Of a DNA stretch of 64,000 nt, positions 51,479-62,310 are shown piece by piece (position 1 is the stretch's first letter; each line of letters begins with the position of its first letter). Source of the stretch: Candidatus Latescibacterota bacterium (GTDB lineage: Bacteria > Latescibacterota > UBA2968 > GCA-2709665); the NCBI GenBank assembly GCA_963667175.2, contig CAXXXF010000003.1, positions 384,001-448,000 of the forward strand, in the 5' to 3' direction. The translations under genes were made by a program, and so were the position numbers. The notes beneath the pieces are model-generated. The model was not told where the DNA came from and ran no database searches. It was given only the letters and a program-made list of their open reading frames with translations.

Positions 51479-51641
51479 TTGGTGTAGCCGCTTCACGGGA
51501 ACGCCTGTCGGCATTTGTGCGACGTTGCGGGAAACACGTTGACTACCGGGCTGAGAGGGGAGAGGACCACCGTCTGTGTCGAGGCCGAGACGCCCTCCAT
51601 ACAGGGACGTTGGGGCTCTCAGCCCGGATGGCGCCATTGGA

Positions 51642-53531
51642 TTAATCGCTTACCTGGTTGTATTTCTTCAGTTTGCGGTGCAGGGTTGCGCGATGGATGC
51701 CAAGTGCATTCGCGGCGCGCGTAACGTTGTCGCCGGCAACTTCCAAAGCCAGGAGCACGGCCTGTCGTTCGACCTCCGCGAGTGGACGCGACGCCGTCCT
51801 CTCGGGGCTGTCCTGACCGGACGTGATCGCGGGAGATAGTTGAGGCGGCAGGTTGCCAGCCTGAATCACCGGGGTCCCCTCCAGCAGCACAGCTCGCTCG
51901 ATGGCATTTTCAAGTTCGCGCACATTTCCGGGCCAATCGTACTGCAGCAGCAGGCGCAGGGCGTCCGTGGAGATGCCGTCGAAGGATTTGTTCTGGCGCT
52001 TTGCGAATTTTTCGATGAAGTGCTCAACGAGCGCAGGAATATCCTCCCTTCGCTCCCTCAGGGGTGGAATCACGATGGGAAACGCGGCGACGCGATAGAA
52101 CAGGTCTTCCCGGAATTCGCCCGCCTTTACGGCACGCTCCAGGTCCTTATTGGTTGCCGCTACCACCCTGATGTCGACGGACGTGGGAGCGGTTCCACCA
52201 ATCCGCTGGATTTCACGCTCCTGCAAAACGCGCAACAGCGTGCCCTGAAGCGGGTAGGGCAGGTCGCCAATTTCGTCGATGAGGATCGTACCCCCGTCTG
52301 CGCGTTCAAAGGCCCCGATTCTCCGTGTCGTTGCACCGGTGAATACGCCTTTCTCGTGTCCGAACAATTCGCTTTCGATCAGCGTTTCGGGAATGGTAGC
52401 GCAATCAAGTGCCACAAACGGGCCATTCTTCCTCGAACTGTTAAAGTGAAATGACCTTGCCACGAGTTCTTTGCCGGTGCCGCTTTCGCCCTGGATCAAT
52501 GCTGTAATGTCGCTTTCCGCGGCCTGCTTCATCAGTGCGAAAACGGTATGCATGGCCTTGCTGGTTCCTACCAATCCGGCAAAGGAACACGTTGTCTCCA
52601 ATTCGGTGCGCAAGCGCCGAACTTCGGCCTTCATCTGCTCGGCGTCGACTGCCGTGGATACGTCCCGATACAGAACCAGGTTGCCGACGTCGCGCCCCCG
52701 TTCGTCGGTCACAGGCGCGGTTGATCGGTAGAACAGGCGCTGCCCGGGCAGTCCGCCGGCCCCGGTTGTTTCCACAACGTGTTCGCCGTCGAGAGGAAGA
52801 CTGCCGTCCGTGCCGCTCAGTTCAGGCTTTCTGAACCGTTCCGTGAAACGTGCAATGAGATCGTCCGGTGAAATCTCCTCGAGTTCGAAATCCTCCAGAC
52901 CCATGAGTTGCACGTACATTCCATTGGCGAATTCCAGGCGTCCTGAAACGTCCTGCATTGCAATGGCATCGTCGGTGGCATTCAGGACTGCTTCCAGTCT
53001 TAAATGGCTTGTGGCGAGTTGCCGCCTTTGTTTCGCGAACTCCTGTTCGATGTTCCACTTTCCAACCAGCGACAGGGTGATTTGCTGAATCTCCTCGTGC
53101 GTAAAGGGTTTTCTTATGTAGAGGAGTTTGTGCAGCAATTCCATGTCATAGACGATCTCAGGCACAGCCATATCGGTGTACGCCGTCATAATGACGATTT
53201 CGATGTCGCGATCGACCTCTCTCACCCTGCGCACCGTTTCGATGCCGTCGATGCCCGGGGGCATTCGAATGTCGATATAGGCGACGGCAACGGGTCGATT
53301 CGATTCCTTGCCCTCCCGGATTATGTTGTAGGCGTCCTCTCCATTGTTGGCGTGCAACAGTTCGAACTCCGGAAGATAACGCCCTTCCTGCTCGCGGACA
53401 AATGCAGCCGCAAGATCATCGGCCGACCGGCTCGCAATACTGGAACACAGCATTTCTGCAAAGTCGTCGTGTATCTCGGGCTGATCATCGACGATCAGTA
53501 CCCGTTTGTTTCCGTGATTATAGGTTTTCAT
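51642..53531 (-). CDS. sigma-54-dependent response regulator (REC-PAS-AAA+-Fis HTH)
   Basis: VLIVDD, DIRMP, KPF, PAS region, [27 protein letters not shown]. Confidence 0.93.
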   Translation of the reverse strand: MKTYNHGNKRVLIVDDQPEIHDDFAEMLCSSIASRSADDLAAAFVREQEGRYLPEFELLHANNGEDAYNIIREGKESNRPVAVAYIDIRMPPGIDGIETVRRVREVDRDIEIVIMTAYTDMAVPEIVYDMELLHKLLYIRKPFTHEEIQQITLSLVGKWNIEQEFAKQRRQLATSHLRLEAVLNATDDAIAMQDVSGRLEFANGMYVQLMGLEDFELEEISPDDLIARFTERFRKPELSGTDGSLPLDGEHVVETTGAGGLPGQRLFYRSTAPVTDERGRDVGNLVLYRDVSTAVDAEQMKAEVRRLRTELETTCSFAGLVGTSKAMHTVFALMKQAAESDITALIQGESGTGKELVARSFHFNSSRKNGPFVALDCATIPETLIESELFGHEKGVFTGATTRRIGAFERADGGTILIDEIGDLPYPLQGTLLRVLQEREIQRIGGTAPTSVDIRVVAATNKDLERAVKAGEFREDLFYRVAAFPIVIPPLRERREDIPALVEHFIEKFAKRQNKSFDGISTDALRLLLQYDWPGNVRELENAIERAVLLEGTPVIQAGNLPPQLSPAITSGQDSPERTASRPLAEVERQAVLLALEVAGDNVTRAANALGIHRATLHRKLKKYNQVSD

Positions 53532-53611
53532 CGACCACCCTGGCCCCCCGCCGGTTGACAAGCTATCCGAAGACGGTGCTTCCAGATTTCATCCCGTCCT
53601 TCGCGCCTTAG

Positions 53612-53841
53612 TGCACAATTTGTGCCAACAACTCTCGACAACATTCAATTTATTGAATATTAGGGAGTTAGACCATACACACGAATTACGGCGAAATCTA
53701 TAGGTGTTGTATTATGCGTCGACTCGCGGCGCGCCAATGCGGCTGCGCCATCCTCATAGAGTCGAACGTAACTATATGGTTTTTATTAATATGTTAAGGA
53801 AATTTTCGCAATATTCCGGACAGAATGTCGCAAATTGCGCC
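53612..53841 (-). promoter_or_regulatory. sigma-54 promoter with IHF-like site and putative enhancer
   Basis: TGGCACAAATTGTGCA (GG-N10-GC) at 53627-53612; ATTCAATTTATTG at 53643; TGTCGCAAATTGCGCC at 53826. Confidence 0.65.
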
Positions 53842-54097
53842 TGAAGTCGTTTTCTGCAACGCCGCGGTGGGGCTTTACCCCTCCCAATCTATCCAACATC
53901 GACTGCAGACCGGCATCGGACCGCTTTATTGCAGGTCCGCGGACCTCGGTCACGCGAATCCGAAGAAGGCGGACGCGCGGAGTCGCCGTCTGCCGAAATC
54001 AGGATTCGTTGTCCTGCGTTCATCAATGCTGTTCGCTTTCTTTGCAAGCGTAAGCGGCCTCAGGATTGTCTGACAGAACCGATTGACATCCGCCCGT

Positions 54098-55330
54098 TCA
54101 TTCCGCGGCGGCGTTTTCCCACGACACACGCACTCCTTTCTTTCGGAATGCGGCGATATGCGTCTCAACGGACTCCCGTGAAAGGGGGTTTCCACGTACG
54201 GTTAGTTTGGTGAGTTTGCCGAGTCCGGTGAGGTGCGATAGGTCTGTGACCCGGTTTTGAGCGAGATTGAGCGTTGCCAGGTTTGCCAGCGCGGACAGCG
54301 GTGCTACGTTGCTGATGGCGTTGTTGTGAAGAAAGAGGTACTGGAGGCTGTACAATCCCAATAGAGGCGAAATATCGGTGATGCCGTTATGGCCCAGATG
54401 AAGCCGCTTCAATTCGCTTAGCCCTGCCAGCGGCCCCAGATCGCTGATCGCGTTCCTGTCGACGTAAAGGCGGGTCAGCCCGGTCAATCCCGACAGCGGT
54501 GTCAGGTCGCTGATCCCATTCCTGTCGAGGTCCAGTTCCTTCAGGTTCTTCAAGCCTGACAATGGCCTCAAGTCGCCAATGCCGTTGCTGTCGAGGCGCA
54601 GCGCCGTCAGCCGGGTGAGACCGGAAAGGGGCGAAAGGTCGCCGATCCCGTTGCTGTCCAGATCCAGTTCTTTCAGGTTTTTCAACCGGGCGAGCGGCGA
54701 GACGTCGCTGATGCCGTTGCCCTCGAGGCGTAGCCCCGTCAGGCCGGTCAGCCCCGATAAAGGAGATAGGTCGGTGATGCCGTTGTTGTCCAGGTCCAGT
54801 TCCTTCAGATTTATCAGCCCGGACAGAGGTTGGATGTCACTGATGCCATTGCCCTCGAGACGCAATCTGATCAGATTTGTCAGCCCGGCCAGCGGCGAGA
54901 CGTCGCTGATGCCGTTGTCCGCGAGGTAGAGCCTTTCCAGGCCTTTCAACCGGGCCAGCTGCGTGATGTCGCTGATTCTGTTGCCGTCGAGACGCAGCCT
55001 CTTCAGATTGGTCAGCAGGGACAGAGGCCCCAGGTCGGCGATGGCGTTGTCGTCGAGAGAAAGCACGACCAGGTTCTTCGCATGCTCGAGCCCGTTGAGA
55101 TGGACGACACTGTCGCGATGCGTTGCCAGGCGCGTCAATCCTGCCAGCTCAGCCGCAGTGACCGGCTCGCCGTCGGCCTTCTTCAGGGTATCCCGAATCA
55201 CCGCTCGCAATCGGGCATCTGAGATCAAAGACGATCTCGATTCGGACGCCGGCGGTTCCGTGAATTCCCGCGGACCGGCGCAGCCGAACAGGGAAATTAC
55301 AATCACCAGGAATGTGATGTTGCAACGCAT
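54098..55330 (-). CDS. internalin-like leucine-rich-repeat lipoprotein
   Basis: Lipobox LFGC; D..LRAVIR..L cap; about 14 22-aa L..L..L.L..N.ISDLSPL repeats. Confidence 0.93.
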   Translation of the reverse strand: MRCNITFLVIVISLFGCAGPREFTEPPASESRSSLISDARLRAVIRDTLKKADGEPVTAAELAGLTRLATHRDSVVHLNGLEHAKNLVVLSLDDNAIADLGPLSLLTNLKRLRLDGNRISDITQLARLKGLERLYLADNGISDVSPLAGLTNLIRLRLEGNGISDIQPLSGLINLKELDLDNNGITDLSPLSGLTGLTGLRLEGNGISDVSPLARLKNLKELDLDSNGIGDLSPLSGLTRLTALRLDSNGIGDLRPLSGLKNLKELDLDRNGISDLTPLSGLTGLTRLYVDRNAISDLGPLAGLSELKRLHLGHNGITDISPLLGLYSLQYLFLHNNAISNVAPLSALANLATLNLAQNRVTDLSHLTGLGKLTKLTVRGNPLSRESVETHIAAFRKKGVRVSWENAAAE

Positions 55331-55644
55331 GCGAAACCTTCTTCATCGGACGCTGGCGCGCGGCAACGGTGGAAATGGGCGTAATTGTGCCCATTCGACA
55401 GCGTAGACCAGGGTCTACGCTGTCACAGGTCCACTGCCGATGGGTGAAAAGAGGGTTGGTCAGGAGAACTGTTCGCGAAGATAAGGTGAAAGCAGCGCTT
55501 TTACAAATCAAAACAGAAACGTGCCGTGCCGTCAGGCGCCGGGCTCGATGAGGGACCCGCCAAGTGTCATGACCGGATACATCTACTAAGGTGACACAGG
55601 CATTGATGAGAACTTCCTGTCGGCGTTTATCAGCGTTTGTCGTG

Positions 55645-55895
55645 TCACTGGGTCGATTCAATAATCGCGGCGGTGGCGCCCAGGTGAAGTCAGATTGCCA
55701 TGCCTTTCTTTGTATGTCGATGACGGCCCATGCTGACTTCGAAATCGTCGACGAAGGCGCGGCGGAGCATGACCCGGCCGGGTTCGGCCAGCACCTCCAG
55801 CGTGTCCCAGGTCGCACCTGTAAACCTGCCAATGATCCATTCAGTCGAGATTGAGGACGGCATCAACCGCACCTTGGGCCCCTGCAGTTCATGTA
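55645..55895 (-). pseudogene. degraded glycine-zipper-type hypothetical gene
   Basis: KVRL...GRF...DTLEV...FEVSMGRHRHTKKGMAI*LHLGA; in-frame TGA at 55690-55692. Confidence 0.45.
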
Positions 55896-56258
55896 TCACG
55901 TCTCTTGCTCTGCGCCGGCGTTTCCATCCGCTTGAGACCGTCTTTCTCTCTCGTCGCCCCGACTTTCTTGCAGCGCACATTGCGCAAACCCCGTGACAAA
56001 ACCGATTGTGCCCCGAATCGGGCGGAATCGACGGCAATTCGCACGGAAAACGTGCGACAGATGCCAAAGGAAACTTGCGCCTGCAAGCCCGGGTTTGCAG
56101 GAAACGGGCGCGCAGGCAACAAAAAACCGGCGACACAATGCGTGTCTCCGGACTCAATGGGGGAAGGGGTCCCCGCTGGCGTTGACATCGGCGATTGACG
56201 TCGCCAGTCCGTGTCGTCAGCCGGTTCAGGCTGACTGCTGAAGGCTGAATGCTGACAG

Positions 56259-57422
56259 CTATCGGTAGATTTCCGGATCGATCCCGAGTTCCCTGACTTT
56301 CTGCTGCAGGGCCTGCCGTTTCATGCCAATGGCGGGGGCCGTGCGGCTCATATTGCCGTTGTGGCGTTCCAGCGCCGATCGAATGAAGGCGGCTTCAAAA
56401 GCCTGAACGACCTCCTGTTTTGCATCCTGAAACGACACGCCGTCCCGCCAGTTCGGTGCTCTTGAGTCGACGGGTTCCGTGCCGACCGAACGGACTTCCT
56501 CCGGAAGCAGGTCCCTGCTCAGGACCGCGTCCTCTGCGAAGATGACGGCACGCTCAACGGCGTGCATCAACTCGCGAATATTTCCCGGCCATGCGTAGCC
56601 CGCCAGGTGTTTCGTCACATCGGCCGGCACTTCCGATACGGCCTTTCCGTGCCTTCGATTGAATCGATCCAGAAAACTCTGCACGAGCAGGGGTATATCC
56701 TCGCGACGCTCACGAAGCGGCGGCAGGAAGATATCGACCACTTTCAATCGGTAATAAAGGTCATCACGAAACCGCCCTCGTGCAATCTCATCCGGAAGGT
56801 TACGATTGGTGGCGCTGATCATCCGGACGTCCACCGCCAGCGTCTCGACGCCGCCCAGCCGCTCGAATTGCTGCTCCTGGAGCACACGCAACAGCTTTGT
56901 CTGGGTGTCGGCGTGCGTGTCCCCGATCTCGTCCAGAAACAGGGTTCCGCCGTCCGCGAGCTCGAATTTGCCCTGCCGCCGCGACACCGCTCCCGTAAAG
57001 GCGCCCTTTTCGTGGCCGAACAATTCGCTTTCGATCAACTCACTGGGAAGCGCCGCGGCGTTCACCGCGACAAACGGGCGTTCTTTCCGCCCGCTCTGCT
57101 CGTGAATCGCCCGCGCCACGAGTTCCTTTCCGGTCCCGCTCTCGCCGTGAACCAGCACGGCTGCATCGGTTCCGGCCACCTTGCCAATCATGTCGCAGAC
57201 CCGCTCCATGGTCCGGCTCCGGCCGATCAGCAACCCGAACCCGGACTGACGGCGAATCTCGTTGCGCAACGTTTCGTTCTCCCTTTGCAGGCGAACCGTC
57301 TCGAGCGCATTCTGGACCAGGCAGCGAAGTTAGTCCACGTCGTAGGGCTTGTTTACGTAGTCGTACGCCCCCGCTTTCATCGCCTCAACCGCAATCCGCT
57401 CCGACCCGAAAGCGGTCATCAT
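56259..57422 (-). pseudogene. NtrC-like sigma-54 response regulator, 5'-truncated with an internal stop
   Basis: MMTAFGSERIAVEAMKAGAYDYVNKPYDVD*LRC (TAA at 57330-57332), then intact [17 protein letters not shown]. Confidence 0.85.
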
Positions 57423-57652
57423 CGCGCGACCTGGGCCGCGTAGACTGCCGCGCGAGCGCCGGGCGAAGCCTGTTCGATCAGAATCCGCAGCGCGTCTCCC
57501 GTATACCAGAGCGCACCCCCCAGAATCAGCAGGAGCAACGGAAGCGGCGTGCTCCTGCGCTTTATGGCGGACACGAAAATGCCCCAGAGCAGCCCGGCGG
57601 CGACCGCGCCGCCGACCAGCCAGATCGTGTCATATATCGAGAGATTCATCAT
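57419..57652 (-). pseudogene. N-terminal membrane fragment, probably of a sensor kinase
   Basis: Two TM segments ending abruptly at the truncated REC domain. Confidence 0.55.
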
Positions 57653-57868
57653 TTCGGAAACACAAGCGACCCGGCGCGGGGCCGGGGGGAGAGGTCTGCG
57701 CAGACGCCACCTGATTGGGTTTTGCTTGTAGCTGACAACTGACAGCTATCTGCTGGTCTTCAGGTATGGAAATTAGCGAAATCAGGCCGTGATTTCAACT
57801 CAAACCGCCCGCAACTCCAGCCGGAATGCCCTGGAATGACATCCGCCGATCCGCTGGAACTCAAAGCA

Positions 57869-58672
57869 TCAACTCCCCGTGGACCGATAGTGACGGACGC
57901 CAAGACGCCAGGCGCGGAGGGCGACGAGCAGGAAGGCCATACCGGCCAGGGGGGACAGCCAATGCACCCACGCGGCCGATCCGAGCGGATCGGTCCGGTC
58001 CAGAATCGCAAGGGCGGGGAAGTACGTGATGCCGGCCAGAGGGACAACGTACGTAAAGAAGCGGCGGAACCACCCGGGGTAGATCACCAGGGGAAACTGG
58101 GCGGTCTCAGTGCCGCCGTTGGTGAGCGTATTGGCGATCTCCAGGCCTTCGGTCGTCCAGAAAGCGAGGGTCGCCTGGAGTACGAAAAGGCCGAAAAAGA
58201 GGCAGGCGCCGCTCAGAACAGCCCCTGCAAGAAGCGCGATTTTAGCCGAAGACCAGGCGATTTCGAGCGCGGCTTGCGCCCAGACCAGGACTGCCAGGGC
58301 CTGGAGGAAACGGCCGATTCGTTGCAGCTGGATTTCCTGACCCATCAGTTGCAGGACGGTACCGCGGGGCCGCAGCAGCACGCGGTCGAAGTCTCCGCTC
58401 TTCACCATTGTGCCAAAGGTGTCGAACCCCCGCGCGAATCCCTCGGCAAGGGCGAAGGCGATGTTGACCATGCCGTACAGCAATGCGACCTCGGGCAATC
58501 TCCAACCCCGGACGTTGCCGAAGTGCTCGAAAAGGACCCACAGGGCGGCGAATTCCAGGCAGGTAAGAAGACAGAACCCCGCGGCCAGCATCACGGTAGA
58601 TGCCCGGTACTGCATCTGGCTTCGAATGGAGACCGCAACGTAACGACGATAGAGACGAAAGGCATTGCGCAT
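57869..58672 (-). CDS. ABC-2 type permease (DUF990-like)
   Basis: SQMQYRA, GDFDRVLLRP, FPLVIYP, YRSTGS. Confidence 0.92.
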   Translation of the reverse strand: MRNAFRLYRRYVAVSIRSQMQYRASTVMLAAGFCLLTCLEFAALWVLFEHFGNVRGWRLPEVALLYGMVNIAFALAEGFARGFDTFGTMVKSGDFDRVLLRPRGTVLQLMGQEIQLQRIGRFLQALAVLVWAQAALEIAWSSAKIALLAGAVLSGACLFFGLFVLQATLAFWTTEGLEIANTLTNGGTETAQFPLVIYPGWFRRFFTYVVPLAGITYFPALAILDRTDPLGSAAWVHWLSPLAGMAFLLVALRAWRLGVRHYRSTGS

Positions 58673-58676
58673 GGAA

Positions 58677-59468
58677 TCAACCTCCCTGAATAACGAGCCG
58701 ACGGGTACCGCGAGCGAGCAGTGCGCGGCCCAGAGCGATCAGGCCGAGTGTCCAGGCCAACTGGTGTGCGAAGAGCGGAAGGATTTCCGATGGAGGGATG
58801 TGGCCCATGTAGAGCCGAAGAGGCACGTCCACAAGCCCCCGGAAGGGCAGGACGTCGAGGACGGTTCGAGCCCAGACAGGAAAAAAGGGCAGGGGCACGT
58901 ACATGCCGGAAAAGATCGCCACGGCGGCGACCATGAGCGTGGAGATTCCCTGCCCCGACACCGTCCAGAGCATGGAGACGTTGAGCAGATTTGCGATCGC
59001 CGTGCCGAGAAGCAGCGCCCCGAGGGTTGTCAGGGCCCACGCGCCGCCGGCAGCCCATGACTGCGGAGGCTGAAGGCCGAAAAACAGTCCGGCGATAGCG
59101 AACATCGGTACCGCCCGAAGCAGAGTTGGGGCGGTTCGCCGTGCGATATCCCGGCAGAACCAGAACGTGTACAGGTCCAGGGGCCGGGCAAGTTCGTATG
59201 CCACCGTACCCGACCGGATCATCGCGCGCATCTCCCGGTCGATGATCCAGGGAAGCATTCCCAGCATGGCCTGGCCCAACCAGATGTAGGTGATAACGTC
59301 AGCGAGGCTCATCGGCTGGTGGGCCGTGGTGGAACGGTAGAACGCGGAGAAGAACATCATTCGTATCAGGCCCCAGAATACCTGTGTGCCCAGTCCCGCT
59401 ACGGCTGCCATGCGGTATTGCAGCAACATCCGGAAGCGCGCGCCGATCACGGCTGCATAGGCCTTCAT
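58677..59468 (-). CDS. ABC-2 type permease
   Basis: LQYR, IRSGTVAYELARP, SGMYVPL.FFP, IQGG. Confidence 0.92.
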   Translation of the reverse strand: MKAYAAVIGARFRMLLQYRMAAVAGLGTQVFWGLIRMMFFSAFYRSTTAHQPMSLADVITYIWLGQAMLGMLPWIIDREMRAMIRSGTVAYELARPLDLYTFWFCRDIARRTAPTLLRAVPMFAIAGLFFGLQPPQSWAAGGAWALTTLGALLLGTAIANLLNVSMLWTVSGQGISTLMVAAVAIFSGMYVPLPFFPVWARTVLDVLPFRGLVDVPLRLYMGHIPPSEILPLFAHQLAWTLGLIALGRALLARGTRRLVIQGG

Positions 59469-60448
59469 AATCTCTCCTTTTCGTACATCTGCGCGATGAT
59501 TTCTTCGATGGGCGGGTTTTCGACGTAGAGGTCCCGGACCGGATGTCGGGCCGTGATTCGGCCAATGAGGGATGCAGCCGACACCCGATCGGGATCGAAG
59601 CTGAGTTGAACCCTGTACCCGTCGCGTTTCACAACCGCGGCGTCCGGAACCGAAACTTCCTGGGTTTCATCGACAAGGTCCACGGTGAGGCGCCGCTCCC
59701 GGGTGACGCGGGTTCGCAGGTCCTTCAGCGTGCCGTCGGAGAGGATCCGGCCCTGACCGATAACCATGACCCGGGTGCATAGGGCTTCGATATCGTCCAT
59801 GTCGTGCGTTGTGAGGATGACCGTAACGCCCCGCTCCCTGTTGAGTCGTTTGACAAAGTCACGGACCTTCAGCTTGGACACGGCGTCCAGGCCAATGGTG
59901 GGTTCGTCCAGGAAGAGGAGAGGGGGAGAATGGAGGAGCGCCGCGGCCAGATCGCAGCGCATTCTCTGTCCCAGGGAGAGTTGCCGCACCGGAGTGTCCA
60001 GGAACCGGTCAAATTCCAGCAGGCCGATGAGTTCATCGCGACTTGCGATGTATTCCGTACCGGGGACTCTGTAGACGTCGCGCAGCAGGTCGAAGGATTC
60101 GATGACGGGCAGATCCCACCAGAGCTGCGTGCGTTGTCCGAAGACGACGCCGATGTTCCGGACGTGTGAAATGCGCTCCTTCCAGGGGACGCGACCCGCG
60201 ATCTCGCAACTGCCCGAATCGGGAACGAGGATGCCGGAGAGGACCTTGACGGTGGTGGATTTGCCCGCGCCGTTGGGTCCGATGTAACCGACGAGTTCTC
60301 CGGGTTGGATGGAGAACGAGACGCCGTCCAGCGCGCTGACGGTGCGGTATCGTCGTTGAATAACGCCTTTGAGCGCACCCCACGTGCCGGGCTTGCGTTC
60401 AGCGATGCGAAAGGTTTTCGCAAGATTCTCTACGATTATGTGGGGCAC
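59465..60448 (-). CDS. ABC transporter ATP-binding protein (drug-exporter type)
   Basis: GPNGAGKST, LSLGQRMR, LFLDEPT, TTHD; GTG start after GAGGAG. Confidence 0.94.
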   Translation of the reverse strand: MPHIIVENLAKTFRIAERKPGTWGALKGVIQRRYRTVSALDGVSFSIQPGELVGYIGPNGAGKSTTVKVLSGILVPDSGSCEIAGRVPWKERISHVRNIGVVFGQRTQLWWDLPVIESFDLLRDVYRVPGTEYIASRDELIGLLEFDRFLDTPVRQLSLGQRMRCDLAAALLHSPPLLFLDEPTIGLDAVSKLKVRDFVKRLNRERGVTVILTTHDMDDIEALCTRVMVIGQGRILSDGTLKDLRTRVTRERRLTVDLVDETQEVSVPDAAVVKRDGYRVQLSFDPDRVSAASLIGRITARHPVRDLYVENPPIEEIIAQMYEKERL

Positions 60449-60495
60449 TTCGGGTCTCCTCATCGGGTGACGGCTCGGCAGCTTTAAAGACAAAC

Positions 60496-60531
60496 AAAAA
60501 GCCCGTCGTCGAGATAACCTCGACAACGGGC
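60496..60531 (-). terminator. intrinsic terminator in the ABC operon leader
   Basis: GCCCGTTGTCGAG-GTTAT-CTCGACGACGGGC-TTTTT. Confidence 0.85.
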
Positions 60532-60575
60532 AGTAGCCGGAAACCGGGCCTGGCCTGCGAAAGGCCGCCTTATGA

Positions 60576-60668
60576 TTAGCCTCCAGGGCACTTCGGTTGT
60601 TCCCGGGAGGCGCGGGTGGAAATTTTCATCTTTATTATTTTCAACAACTTATACGTATATGCCCACAT
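60576..60668 (-). CDS. putative 30-aa leader peptide
   Basis: MWAYTYKLLKIIKMKISTRASREQPKCPGG between promoter and terminator; no clear SD. Confidence 0.45.
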   Translation of the reverse strand: MWAYTYKLLKIIKMKISTRASREQPKCPGG

Positions 60669-60707
60669 GTTATGGTGTATGGTCAGGAATATTCGTGCAC
60701 CGACTGA

Positions 60708-60736
60708 AATATAACATGGCGACCATGCGAGGTCAA
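60708..60736 (-). promoter_or_regulatory. sigma70-like promoter of the ABC operon
   Basis: TTGACC-17 nt-TATATT. Confidence 0.7.
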
Positions 60737-61042
60737 GAGAATTCAACCCCGAAACATCGAAACGTCTATTCCCTCCAGGTCGTACCTGAGACCTGGCGAG
60801 AGGTCTGCGAACGCGGTCCGACACCCGCGATTATCGTCTCATGGACACGACGCCGCACAACCGGAATTCCCGCTAACTGCCGATAAGGAAAACACTTGCG
60901 CGCGTGATACAGAACAATTATCATTGTCCGAAATCAGATTCATAGAGACCGCTGGAGGCAGAAAAGAACCGTCGCCATTTCCCGTCTCCGGTCCTGAAAA
61001 AAGTTGAGCGCTAACGGAAGCCCGCCATTAAATGGAATGACG

Positions 61043-62050
61043 ATGAACTACCATGCGTACATCACCGTATCCAGCGACGACAGGATTCTGAAATACCGAA
61101 TGGATCCGGACTCGGGCGATCTCGATTTCGAATACAGCATCCACGCCGAGGGCGGGCCGGGACCGCTAGCGGTCGACCCGCGCCAGGAGTACCTCTATCT
61201 CAGCAGGCGAGGCGCGCGCGAGATCTCCACCTACGCCATCGATTCCGCGACGGGCGGCATTGCCTTGCTGGGCTCGGTCTCCGTGGATACCGACGCGTGT
61301 TACGTGAGCACGGATCGAAACGGAAGATTCCTCCTCTCCGCTTCGTACGGCGGAGGGGTGGCGGCCGTCCACGCTATCCGGGGGGACGGGACGTTGAGCG
61401 ATTCGCCGGTCCAGACCGTCAAGACCCTGCCGAAAGCCCACTTCATTCTCACGAATCCTTCGAATCGCCTCGCGTATCTGCCCCACGTCGGAGAATCCAA
61501 CACCATTATCGGCTTTCGTTTCGATGAAGAGGCCGGCACGCTCCGTGAGGTCTCGCGGACCTCTCACGAACCCGACGTCGGTCCCCGCCACCTCGTTTTC
61601 CACCCTGAACTGGATGTGGTCTACGTCTCCAATGAGCAGGGCAGCAGCGTGACCGCCTATTTGTGCGACGCCGCTTCCGGCGTTCTGGAACCCATGCAGA
61701 CCCTTTCCACACTGCCTGACGGCTATGGCGGTGAAAACACCTGCGCGCAGATCCATGTCCACCCCTCGGGGGAATTCCTGTACGTTTCCAACCGGGGTCA
61801 CGACAGTATTGCCTGTTTTGCGGTTGATCCGGAGGGCCGCGTCACAAGAATCGGAATTCAACGCACGGAACCGGTGCCCAGGGCTTTCGGGATTGATCCC
61901 ACGGGCGGCTTTCTCTACGCGGGCGGTCAGGAATCGGGCAGGCTGGCATCATACCGGATTGACGCGCAGACCGGCCGGTTGCGTCCCCTTAAGACCTACA
62001 CCGTCGGCAAACAGTCCATGTGGGTCCTTATCCTCGCGCTTTCCGGCTGA
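61043..62050 (+). CDS. lactonase family beta-propeller (6-phosphogluconolactonase-like)
   Basis: GPRHLVFHP, YVSNE, LYVSNRGHDSI, PRAF. Confidence 0.9.
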   Translation: MNYHAYITVSSDDRILKYRMDPDSGDLDFEYSIHAEGGPGPLAVDPRQEYLYLSRRGAREISTYAIDSATGGIALLGSVSVDTDACYVSTDRNGRFLLSASYGGGVAAVHAIRGDGTLSDSPVQTVKTLPKAHFILTNPSNRLAYLPHVGESNTIIGFRFDEEAGTLREVSRTSHEPDVGPRHLVFHPELDVVYVSNEQGSSVTAYLCDAASGVLEPMQTLSTLPDGYGGENTCAQIHVHPSGEFLYVSNRGHDSIACFAVDPEGRVTRIGIQRTEPVPRAFGIDPTGGFLYAGGQESGRLASYRIDAQTGRLRPLKTYTVGKQSMWVLILALSG

Positions 62051-62251
62051 TAAACGACGGTATCGACATCTAACCGATCCGGACCATTCCGACGGTTCGG
62101 GAACTCCGGAGCGGACGATCAACGGGGAAATTCAGGCAACGAAGTTTGCAATTCACGGCGTCCCTGAAGAGAGAACGCGGCCATCACTTGCATGAGAACG
62201 AAATAGCAGCCCTAAATGCCTTATTTTCCGGCAATAATGACGTTTATCCTA

Positions 62252-62280
62252 TTGACAAACCCGAAGTAGTGCCTTAATAT
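62252..62280 (+). promoter_or_regulatory. sigma70-like promoter
   Basis: TTGACA-17 nt-TAATAT. Confidence 0.65.
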
Positions 62281-62310
62281 ACAGTATAGTACAATACCAA
62301 AAATAACAAG

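Noticed and set aside
51202-51645. Short ORFs sharing MKK.IRAASG with the N-terminus of ORF 25906-26802
   Set aside because: The similarity comes from MITE family E, not from a protein family
57330-57332. Programmed read-through of the in-frame stop
   Set aside because: It is TAA, with no SECIS-like context, in a gene already truncated at its 5' end
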